Of a stretch of 19,361 nt of DNA, positions 1-6,896 are shown piece after piece. The notes beneath the pieces were generated by a model that saw only the letters and a program-made list of their open reading frames with translations, made no database searches and was not told the DNA's origin. Both the position numbers and the translations under genes were made by a program. Within the stretch, counting starts at the first letter, position 1; every line of letters starts with the position of its first letter. The stretch is from positions 1 to 19,361 of the forward strand of contig CAWHDZ010000001.1 in assembly GCA_963828255.1 (NCBI GenBank), in the 5' to 3' direction. This DNA is from an uncultured delta proteobacterium. Its GTDB lineage: Bacteria; Myxococcota; Myxococcia; Myxococcales; Anaeromyxobacteraceae.

Positions 1-40
1 CCTAAACCGTAGGCCACGTGTTCGAGTCACGTCGGGGCCA
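1..40 (+). tRNA. 3' part of tRNA-Arg(CCT), truncated by the window edge; integration target (attL copy)
   Basis: CCT anticodon, then AA, ACCGT (3' anticodon stem), AGGCC (variable loop), ACGTG-TTCGAGT-CACGT (T arm), CGGGGCC (3' acceptor strand) and discriminator A. The full anticodon loop TTCCTAA is visible in the second copy. The 5' half is inferred to lie upstream of the window. Confidence 0.85.
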
Positions 41-41
41 C
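1..41 (+). repeat. attL core direct repeat
   Basis: cctaaaccgtaggccacgtgttcgagtcacgtcggggccac is identical to 6932-6972. Identity may extend left of the window. Confidence 0.95.
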
Positions 42-46
42 TCAAA

Positions 47-59
47 AATAAAGGAGTTA
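47..59 (+). promoter_or_regulatory. IHF-like binding site beside attL
   Basis: AATAAAGGAGTTA matches WATCAANNNNTTR with one mismatch and lies between the att core and the arm repeats. Confidence 0.45.
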
Positions 60-75
60 GCTTGGCTCCTTGACG

Positions 76-131
76 TTCGTGACGGTCCAGGCTGCCCACT
101 TCGTGACGCCTTCGTGACGGGCGCCACGAAG
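76..131. repeat. Putative integrase arm-type binding sites, left end
   Basis: TTCGTGACG at 76-84, tandem CTTCGTGACGCCTTCGTGACG at 99-119 and an inverted variant GCCACGAAG at 123-131. The same motifs recur at 6758-6844. Confidence 0.8.
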
Positions 132-143
132 TGGAGGCCGACC

Positions 144-1400
144 GTGACGAAGAGGAAGAAGGTCGTCGAAGTCGAGACGAAGTTGACTGGCGGTGAAATC
201 AGGTACGGGGCCGATGGGACGCCCACCTACTACCTGCTGAAGCGGTCGAAGGGCGCCAGGCCGCACAACGCGGTGGGGCATGACGAAACGACCGCCCTGG
301 CCGCGCTGCACGCCTACCTGAAGGATCCGCTGGGCTGGATGGCCGGGCTCCACGTAGAGGCCGAGGCCGCCGCCGATCCCGTCTACCTCTCCAAGGCGCA
401 GGTCGCCGCCTACGAGACGGCGAGGCTGAAGCCGACCGACAACCGCATCCCGAACTCGCCGAAGTGGTTGGACGAGAAACTGGCCGCACTCCGCTGGTGG
501 TCGGACGCCCTGAAGGACGGTCGCGGCCGCGCCCGCGACCTTCGGCAGGTCACCCTGAAGGCCCACGTCCTGCCGGCGCTGGAGGGTGACCCGGAGAAGG
601 GCATCCCTGCGGCGAAGGGCGCACGCCTCAAGCGCGAGGCCATCAAGGACCTCTACGCCTGGCTGCGGCAGCGCGGCCTCGTCACCGCCGCCCAGGGTCC
701 CGTGGCGACCCTGGCAGTCGGCCAGGGCGGCGTGGCGCTCGCGAAGGGCACGAAGCGCGTCCCGCTCTCGACCGAGGTCGCGAAGGTCACGAACCACCTC
801 CTCGCGCAGGGCTCGCGCTTCGGGCACGCCCTGGTCGTCTCCGCTGCGACCGGATGGCACGACACCGAGATCGACCGCCTCGCCCGTGGAGGCCACGTCA
901 TCGACGTGCCCCAGCTCCAGCGCGAGCCGGGCGTGGCGGCCATCCTGCACAACCCGATGCACGAGCGCCGCAAGAAGGAGAGGCTTTACCAGAAGGTGTC
1001 GGCGACCACGGCCACCTCGGCCCGTGCCCTCATCGAGCCGAACGGCCTGGGCGAGCGGGAAGGGATCTCCCTCCGCTGGTACAAGGATGCAGTCGTCACG
1101 GCGTGCCGCGAGGTGAAGGTCGACAAGTTCCATCCTGCCTGGATGCGGCATGCTCGCGCCACCAAGGCCCTGGAGGCGAAGTACGATCCCGAGGAGGTCG
1201 CCAAGATGAGGGCGAACCTCGGTCACGCCGAGGGCAGCCAGATGCTGGAGGACGTGCACGCCCACGGGATGGTCCCGCCGTACATCCCGAGCATCCTCGA
1301 CGCGCAGGTCAAGCCGGCGGTGAGCGAGGTCGAGGCCCTGCGGCGCGAACTGGCCGAGTTGAAGACCTTGATGAAGAAGGCGGCCGGCAAGGGTCGTTAG
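144..1400 (+). CDS. int: Tyrosine-recombinase-family integrase with atypical active-site residues
   Basis: GTG start at 144 after GGAGG (the longer ORF from 18 runs through the tRNA). Box I-like ATGWHDTEIDRL and box II-like HPAWMRHARAT...ANLGH motifs. Adjacent to attL. Confidence 0.88.
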   Translation: MTKRKKVVEVETKLTGGEIRYGADGTPTYYLLKRSKGARPHNAVGHDETTALAALHAYLKDPLGWMAGLHVEAEAAADPVYLSKAQVAAYETARLKPTDNRIPNSPKWLDEKLAALRWWSDALKDGRGRARDLRQVTLKAHVLPALEGDPEKGIPAAKGARLKREAIKDLYAWLRQRGLVTAAQGPVATLAVGQGGVALAKGTKRVPLSTEVAKVTNHLLAQGSRFGHALVVSAATGWHDTEIDRLARGGHVIDVPQLQREPGVAAILHNPMHERRKKERLYQKVSATTATSARALIEPNGLGEREGISLRWYKDAVVTACREVKVDKFHPAWMRHARATKALEAKYDPEEVAKMRANLGHAEGSQMLEDVHAHGMVPPYIPSILDAQVKPAVSEVEALRRELAELKTLMKKAAGKGR

Positions 1401-1776
1401 CGCCAGAGGTCGGCGACCAGGGCGCCTCGGTCACGCCGGGGCGCCTCTTCTTGTGCGAGGTCGCCGAGTCGAACCCGTCGCGGGTAACGCGCTCGACCTC
1501 GGCCAGGGGGATCTTGGTGCGGCCCTTGAGCTGGACGGTCCTCATCGCCCCGCTGCCGACCAGCCGGGGGAGCGTGTCCCGGGGGCAGACCCCGAGGAGC
1601 TTGGCCGCTGCGCGGAAGCTCAACAGCATCGGGGGGCTCCTCGACGGCACGCTGGCGGGCGGTGCCGCCACCGGCCGGGGAGGGAGGCTCTCCCCCTCCA
1701 GGCCCGCGCCGGCGAGGGCGCAGTCGAACGTGAGCAAGGACAACTCCGCTGCGATGTCCTCGTCTGTGCGAATCAC
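1309..1776 (-). CDS. Excisionase-like winged-HTH DNA-binding protein (putative recombination directionality factor)
   Basis: LLSFRAAAKLLGV...TLPRLVGSGAMRTVQLKGRTKIPLAEVERV fits the Xis/HTH_17 pattern. Convergent with int; start is uncertain. Confidence 0.75.
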   Translation of the reverse strand: MIRTDEDIAAELSLLTFDCALAGAGLEGESLPPRPVAAPPASVPSRSPPMLLSFRAAAKLLGVCPRDTLPRLVGSGAMRTVQLKGRTKIPLAEVERVTRDGFDSATSHKKRRPGVTEAPWSPTSGANDPCRPPSSSRSSTRPVRAAGPRPRSPPA

Positions 1777-1928
1777 GCCGCAACCTTCACGTCCGGGGTG
1801 AATGTGGATGCCCGGGGGGATGGCCCAAAGGGTAGGGGGACCTGCTCAGCCGACCCGGGGCGCGCTCACGAACGAGGAGCTGCGCGATGACGACGACGGA
1901 ATCGTACACGGGCGCAACGGATCCCGCA

Positions 1929-2195
1929 TCACCCGGAAGATCGTGAGGGCAGCACCCGCGGTGTAGGTGGAGTGCTGAACTTGGGGACGTAGAGCGCCCC
2001 GGCACCGGCCGGCTTGGGAGAGCTGCCCAGGGCGGGGCGGCAGGAGGGGACTACGCGGTGAAGTACGGCTTCACCCTCGCCCACGTCGTCGGCGGTGCCG
2101 GGGGCCGGGATGGGCTCGACGGTGAGGTCGGCCTCCAGCGACAGCTCGTGGCGTTCCTGCTCGGCGACGGCCCGGGTGGAGCGGCAGACCGCCAT
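1929..2195 (-). CDS. Hypothetical protein (88 aa)
   Basis: ATG preceded by AGGGG; same orientation as and upstream of the xis-like gene. No recognisable domain. Confidence 0.35.
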   Translation of the reverse strand: MAVCRSTRAVAEQERHELSLEADLTVEPIPAPGTADDVGEGEAVLHRVVPSCRPALGSSPKPAGAGALYVPKFSTPPTPRVLPSRSSG

Positions 2196-2313
2196 CGCCC
2201 CTGCGGGTAGGGAGCAAACGGTTACTTTGTCCCACGAATGAGTATTTCACCGCTCTGCCCTGGCATTTCTGTTCGCCTGCGCTGTACTGGAATTGCACAG
2301 GGGGACGAACGAA

Positions 2314-2508
2314 ATGCCATTACGGATCGAGCAACCCAAACCGCCGACGAGGATGAGTTGCCTCAATTGCCAGTTGCTGGGACGACGCAAGCTTCTCTGC
2401 TCCAAGAGGGATGTGTGCAAGGACTTGCCGATAGCTTTTCCGGTAGCTCCCTTGATGCTGGTTGGCTGGGTTGGAACCGTGGTCGCGTTCGTCCTCTCCG
2501 CAAGGTGA
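2314..2508 (+). CDS. Small Cys-rich protein with C-terminal hydrophobic segment (64 aa)
   Basis: ATG 2314 after AGGGGGA. CLNC...C...C followed by PIAFPVAPLMLVGWVGTVVAFVLS. Lies in a locally AT-richer patch. Confidence 0.4.
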   Translation: MPLRIEQPKPPTRMSCLNCQLLGRRKLLCSKRDVCKDLPIAFPVAPLMLVGWVGTVVAFVLSAR

Positions 2509-2600
2509 GCGACGAGGCGCCTCCGTCCAGAGCTTGAGGCGAAGCCGGCTTCTTGCGGCCACCTTCAACCCCGCCGCGGCCGGTGGTGGGACGGCGTGGG

Positions 2601-2861
2601 TCAGGACGTCTTGAACATGGAGTGGTAGCGGGCGCGCAGCTCATCCCGGCCATCGCCCACGCGGGCAGGCGGTGCGGCGGCCTGGCGCGGGCCGCAGCTT
2701 GGGTACAAGAGCTGCGCCGTGTAGATCTCCCTCCGGCTGACCAGGGGGATGAGCTGGCCGTCTTCCGTCTCGCGCACCTTGTTGGGTGCGGTCTGGAAAA
2801 GCTCGCGGACCTCTGCGTCCGTGAGCGGAGCGTCGATGTCTGGTGGGCGTCGGAGAATCAC
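2601..2861 (-). CDS. Hypothetical protein (86 aa)
   Basis: GTG start overlaps the upstream gene's stop (GTGA) and follows AGGAGG. Confidence 0.65.
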   Translation of the reverse strand: MILRRPPDIDAPLTDAEVRELFQTAPNKVRETEDGQLIPLVSRREIYTAQLLYPSCGPRQAAAPPARVGDGRDELRARYHSMFKTS

Positions 2862-3067
2862 GGCCTGCCTCCTGCTCGCGTGAGCGCGGCGTAGGCCAGC
2901 CGCTCGGTGCGAAACGGGCCGGCCGCGGGCCGCTCGGCGGTCTTGCCGTAGGCGTCGCGGACGTTGACGGTCAGGTAGAACCCCTTCGCGCCGCGGGGGA
3001 GGTTGTTGTCGCACCCCGGCGCGTAGGCCAGGTAGAGCACCGAGGCGCCGCGGAGGTTGGCGGTCAT
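2858..3067 (-). CDS. Hypothetical small protein (69 aa)
   Basis: ATGA-coupled to the upstream gene and GTGA-coupled to the downstream gene. Protein-like composition, ending in a GPFxT(x)3A-type motif. Confidence 0.7.
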   Translation of the reverse strand: MTANLRGASVLYLAYAPGCDNNLPRGAKGFYLTVNVRDAYGKTAERPAAGPFRTERLAYAALTRAGGRP

Positions 3068-3663
3068 CCGCGCCTTCCCTTCGTCATCGCGACCAGCTCG
3101 CGACGGCGCGCCTGTTCGGCGAGCGTCGGTGGCCGCTCCTGCGCCACCATGCCGCGAGGGACCAGTTCGACCGTGTAGACCGTGCCGCAGGCGCACGTCG
3201 CCGCCGGGATCGTCGGGTTCAGGTGAACGATGGCGCTCGGCCCCGTGCGCGGGCACGTCGTGCAGACGAAGGCTTCGAGCCAGGCGCGAACTCGGGTCCA
3301 CCAGCTCCGGTCGCTGAAGTCGGTCATCGTGTCGGGGCGAGCGGAGTGCAGGGCCTGCTCGGCCTGCGTGACGGGGGTCTTCATCGAGCGACCCGGCGGG
3401 AGGGGTGGACGAGGATGGAGAAGCAGCTCCGAGTCGTTCTGGAGCGTGGCGAGCGTGGCGGCCAGCACCTCGGCGTCCGCGGGGTGGAGCGGGGGCTTCG
3501 TCGTCGCGATGCGCTTCACCGCCCGGCGGATGCAGGTCTTGACCGCAGACACATCGGCCCGGAGTCCGAAGTCGGGGTTGGACTTGGTGCGCTTGTAGTA
3601 GGCGCGGGCGTAGGCGGCGTACTTCGCCTTGTCGTCGTCGGTGCGGTAGGGCTTCGAGGGCAT
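3064..3663 (-). CDS. Hypothetical protein with basic/aromatic N-terminal helix and C-terminal zinc-ribbon-like motif
   Basis: KAKYAAYARAYYKRTK at the N-terminus and CTTC...CACG near the C-terminus. AAGGAG upstream. First gene of a 3-gene coupled operon. Confidence 0.7.
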   Translation of the reverse strand: MPSKPYRTDDDKAKYAAYARAYYKRTKSNPDFGLRADVSAVKTCIRRAVKRIATTKPPLHPADAEVLAATLATLQNDSELLLHPRPPLPPGRSMKTPVTQAEQALHSARPDTMTDFSDRSWWTRVRAWLEAFVCTTCPRTGPSAIVHLNPTIPAATCACGTVYTVELVPRGMVAQERPPTLAEQARRRELVAMTKGRRG

Positions 3664-3955
3664 GGGTGGAGGTGCTCCTTGGACTGCGGGTTGCCCGGCT
3701 CACGGCCGGGAGGTTGTTGGGGTTGCGCGCCGAGGGAACGGGGGGCGCTGCTGGGGTGAACCAGGCGGCAGGGCCGGGGCGGGACGCCGTGGACCGAAGG
3801 CCTTCGGGTCGTTCGGCTATTCCACCTTGTGGCCGGGTCTACTGTAGACGACCTATCGCCATACGGCCCACGGTCCAGATGGTCATCTCCCACCTGATAC
3901 TCAAGCAATACCGACGGCCCGCGGAACATGAATTGCTCCCCCGCGGGTGGGCCAA

Positions 3956-4025
3956 TCGGAGTCGGAAAGTGGTGGTCCGAGTGGTCCGAGTGGTCCGGTC
4001 GGAGTCCGAGTCCGAGTCCGAGGCC
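3956..4025. repeat. Short iteron-like repeat array (TCCGA/TCGGA cores)
   Basis: GTGGTCCGA x3 at 3972-3997 (last copy imperfect), GAGTCC x3 plus GAGGCC at 4002-4025, and inverted TCGGA cores at 3956, 3962 and 3999. Confidence 0.85.
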
Positions 4026-4124
4026 CGGTCTGGCGGTGGTTCATGTTCCGCACCCTGGCGGTAGAGCTTCTGCACAAGGCGATGAAGCTCACCACCGCCT
4101 GCCACGCCACCCACCGCCCCGGAG

Positions 4125-4322
4125 ATGTCGATTCCGAAACCCTTGAGAATCCAGAACACCTACCTCACGCACACCGACCGACTCAATGTCGCAGCGAGGG
4201 CGTGCGCATGGGCGGGGGAAATGGCCGAAGCCGAAGCGGCTGCGGTCGTCGAGCTGGCCGGCGGGTACCTCTCGGCCGAAGTTCAGGCGGGGCTGGACGC
4301 CTTCCCGGGGGAGACGCCGTGA
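4125..4322 (+). CDS. Hypothetical small helical protein (65 aa)
   Basis: Protein-like sequence; its stop overlaps the next start (GTGA). Confidence 0.55.
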   Translation: MSIPKPLRIQNTYLTHTDRLNVAARACAWAGEMAEAEAAAVVELAGGYLSAEVQAGLDAFPGETP

Positions 4323-4792
4323 CGCAGATCAGGGTCAGCGGAACGCGCAGCGCGGGCGGGCCGACCCCGAGGCCGGTCAGCTCGAAGCCTGCGCCGAGAG
4401 GGACGTTGGCGAGGCAGGCCGCCAACCTCAAGACCGAGGCCGTCGCCAGCATGGCCGACCCGGCCGTCGTGCGCGACCGCCTGGCGCTCACCGAGAAGCA
4501 CCTCGAAGTCCTCGACCAGATCTCCCGCGGCCTGCCGGTGAGGGACGCGGTGGCCGTGCTGGCCGCTGCGCGGCTTCGCCTCGACTTCTCCTGCGCGAAG
4601 CCCCAGCAGAGCGTGGCCGTCGATCAGCGCGTCCTCTACACGTTCATCGACCCCTACGCCGAGCCCGGCGCTGCCGCCGTCGAGGTGCAGGCCGCGCCGC
4701 CGAAGCTCTTGCAGGCCACGGGCGAGACGGCGAACGACTTCGCCGACCGCGTCGCGCGGCAGCGCGAGGCCGAGCTGCACGGGAAGGCGTAG
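4319..4792 (+). CDS. Hypothetical protein, weakly terminase-small-subunit-like (157 aa)
   Basis: GTG coupled to the upstream stop. Basic N-terminus and helical middle, then AAARLRLDFSCAKPQQSVAVDQ, recalling the AA..llD...GKP.Q.v.v pattern of some phage TerS-like proteins. The CDS is well supported; the function is not. Confidence 0.6.
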   Translation: MTQIRVSGTRSAGGPTPRPVSSKPAPRGTLARQAANLKTEAVASMADPAVVRDRLALTEKHLEVLDQISRGLPVRDAVAVLAAARLRLDFSCAKPQQSVAVDQRVLYTFIDPYAEPGAAAVEVQAAPPKLLQATGETANDFADRVARQREAELHGKA

Positions 4793-4795
4793 CCC

Positions 4796-5179
4796 GTGGC
4801 GCTCACCGCCCACGCGGTGGTGCCGCTGGCCGGCTTCCAATACCGCTGGGAGCGAGCAAGTACGCCCGGGATGCAGATCTGCCGCCACGCCGCCGATGCG
4901 CTCGGGATGCCGGAGGTGCCGGGCAAGTTCCTCGCCCAGGTTGATTGGCTGGTTCTTTGCTGCCCGGTCCAGCTCGACCAGGTCACCCTGAACCCCGAGG
5001 ACTACCGCTACTACGCCGCCGTGACACGGGCCTTCTCGATGTCGGCGTGCCGTGGCGACCGGGACTTCGAGGCCCGGCTCTGGAAGATGCGCGCCTTCCA
5101 CGGCCCCTGGACCTCGCACGCCGTGCCGCTCGGCGTGCTCTGGTTGACGTACTTGACGACGATGTCGCCGACGAGCTGA
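4796..5179 (+). CDS. Hypothetical protein (127 aa)
   Basis: Starts 3 nt after the preceding stop, follows GGAAGG and has GC3-biased codons. Confidence 0.6.
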   Translation: MALTAHAVVPLAGFQYRWERASTPGMQICRHAADALGMPEVPGKFLAQVDWLVLCCPVQLDQVTLNPEDYRYYAAVTRAFSMSACRGDRDFEARLWKMRAFHGPWTSHAVPLGVLWLTYLTTMSPTS

Positions 5180-5283
5180 TGTCGGCGTAGACGAACGGGA
5201 CCGACCTTCTCGACGCGCCTCCCTCGCGTCCTGGTCGGTCCCCAGGATGAGCCCCGAGCACCGCAGCCGCGTCAGGCACGGCG

Positions 5284-5742
5284 GTGGTGCTCGGGGTCGT
5301 CCGTTTCCTCCCCCCACAGCTCTCGACCTTGCCCACCACGATGCCGATGATCGGCGCCTGGGATGGGCGTCGTCCGTCGCGGACGGTCGGGGTGATCCCC
5401 GAGGGCGGCTGGTCGGCCGCGGGGCAGTACGGGGCGCTGACTGCGTCGAGGCGGGGTGCGGCGGCCTTGCACGGGAGACGGCGTGAGGCCTTGCCGCGAA
5501 CGGCCCCCCCATCCCCTGCCGGCAAGCCCATGAAGCTCCTCAACCTGCTGGGCCTTGTCGTAGACGACGGACGGTGGCAAGGGGCGGGGGGGAGGCCGCG
5601 AGGCCACGGTCGCCGTGAACGAGAGGGGTGCCCCCGGGATGGAGGCGCCCTTCTCGTGGTCGGGGGCTACGCCACCTCGGTCACGAGCGCCCCCGCAGCT
5701 CGCAGGAACGGCGGTCAGGGAGGCGCCGGGGCCGGGGATTGA
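5284..5742 (+). CDS. Possible hypothetical protein or decayed gene
   Basis: Open frame fills the gap between + strand genes. Protein-like segments alternate with Arg/Gly-rich stretches that look off-frame. Confidence 0.2.
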   Translation: MVLGVVRFLPPQLSTLPTTMPMIGAWDGRRPSRTVGVIPEGGWSAAGQYGALTASRRGAAALHGRRREALPRTAPPSPAGKPMKLLNLLGLVVDDGRWQGAGGRPRGHGRREREGCPRDGGALLVVGGYATSVTSAPAARRNGGQGGAGAGD

Positions 5743-5767
5743 CGAGCGTCGGGCTGCTTGGCAACCT
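5739..5767 (+). promoter_or_regulatory. Putative sigma-70 promoter giving a leaderless transcript
   Basis: TTGACG (5739-5744), 17-nt spacer ending in TGG, CAACCT (5762-5767). ATG follows after 7 nt with no clear RBS. Confidence 0.45.
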
Positions 5768-5774
5768 CCGGGAC

Positions 5775-6143
5775 ATGTCCCGGCGTGATCCGTACCGGAA
5801 GCGCCTCCAGAACCTCTTGAACAGCGAGGCCTTGAAGACCCACGAGGAGATCCACTCCACCAAGGAGACCCGCAAGGGGCTCCCCGAGGAGATCCGCTCG
5901 TTCATGGCCGACCTCGCCCCAGGTGGCTGGATCGACAAGTTCTGGAAGCTGCGCGAGTCCTTCGATTCTGAGGAGCAGACCCTTCTCACCCTGCGGCTGG
6001 AAAAGGACATGCCCTGGGAGGAGGTCGCCGGGGTCATGCGGGCCGACGGCGAGCCGGCCACGCCCGCCGCCCTCCGGGACCGCTTCGAGCAGCTCATGGA
6101 GAAGCTGCGACGGCTGGCCCGCCAGCAGGGGCTCGTGGAGTAG
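5775..6143 (+). CDS. Stand-alone ECF-type sigma-70 region-4 HTH protein (no region 2)
   Basis: LRESFDSEEQTLLTLRLEKDMPWEEVAGVM...PAALRDRFEQLMEKLRRLARQQGL fits the region-4 HTH of myxobacterial ECF-like sigma factors. 122 aa. Confidence 0.75.
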   Translation: MSRRDPYRKRLQNLLNSEALKTHEEIHSTKETRKGLPEEIRSFMADLAPGGWIDKFWKLRESFDSEEQTLLTLRLEKDMPWEEVAGVMRADGEPATPAALRDRFEQLMEKLRRLARQQGLVE

Positions 6144-6263
6144 TCGGGCAGGCGCGAGGCCGCCATCATCCCCCGGCCGGACGGCTATCCGGCGACCCCG
6201 TTGGGGATCTCCACCCAAGTCCGGCGTTCACGTAGGGTGAAGTCCCTGCGCAAGGAGAGCCCC

Positions 6264-6739
6264 GTGACCCGACTCGTCGCCGCCATCGCCATCACGTTGT
6301 CCATCACCGCCTGCGCCACGATGGGCATCCGACCGAACTCCCCGTGAGCAGCGACGGGACCTCGGAGATGATCTGGCAGTGGTCGGAGTCGGAGACGAAG
6401 GCGACCTCGTTCATCCCCTTCGCGGCCTACGTGGGCGGCGCCGGCGCCACCGGCACGACGACGAAGATTGTGGCGCGCTTCGGGGCCGACGGTGTCCTGC
6501 GCGAACTGCTTCGCGGCGGGGCCACCGTCGACATCACTTCCGGAACGGTGATGCAGGGGTACAAGTCCGTAGGAGAGCAGAAGGCGACGCCCGGGGAACT
6601 GGCGCCGATGCCCACGTCCCGGCCCGGCACCGGCGCTCGGTGCGACAAGGCATCACCGTGCGAGGGACGGTGGATGCAGTGCGTGTTGATGGAGGGCAAG
6701 GACTACGGCTACTGCACGGGCACCGCTCCGACGAAGTAG
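6264..6739 (+). pseudogene. Frameshifted lipoprotein (SmpA/OmlA/BamE-like fragment plus Cys-rich tail)
   Basis: AAGGAG then GTG 6264 gives MTRLVAAIAITLSITA-C (lipobox), stopping at 6345-6347. The -1 frame continues SSDGTSEMIWQW...SFIPF...ARFGADGVL and ends in a 4-Cys motif. Confidence 0.65.
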
Positions 6740-6757
6740 GCGGTCGCCCTGCGCCGG

Positions 6758-6844
6758 GCCACGAAGCTGGTGGGTCCGGGCGACGCTGCCAAGCTTCGTG
6801 ACGTTCTGCTCGGTGCGCAAGCACCTTCGTGACGCCTTCGTGAC
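6758..6844. repeat. Putative integrase arm-type binding sites, right end
   Basis: GCCACGAAG at 6758-6766, CTTCGTGACG at 6794-6803 and CTTCGTGACGCCTTCGTGAC at 6825-6844 (identical to 99-118). Confidence 0.8.
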
Positions 6845-6896
6845 ACGGCACCCTCAACCACCCCCGAGGACACCCAAGAAAACCCAGCAAGAAGCG

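Noticed and set aside
76..131. CRISPR array from the CTTCGTGACG repeats or the 3956-4025 repeats
   Set aside because: Units are 6-11 bp with no regular unique spacers, and there are no cas genes.
18..143. N-terminal extension of the integrase ORF (and the similar MFESRRGH ORF at 6949)
   Set aside because: It reads through the tRNA/att and arm repeats; GTG 144 has a proper RBS.
2261..2276. Sigma-54 promoter TGGCA...GC
   Set aside because: GG-to-GC spacing is 2 nt too long.
3947..4318. 281-aa ORF start upstream of the TerS-like gene, and minus-strand ORF 3839-4159
   Set aside because: These translate the repeat array into low-complexity peptide. The coupled 4125-4322 / 4319-4792 model fits better.
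1400..6750. Retron, DGR, known defence system or toxin-antitoxin pair in the element
   Set aside because: No reverse transcriptase, nuclease, NTPase or recognisable TA motif in any frame I could read.
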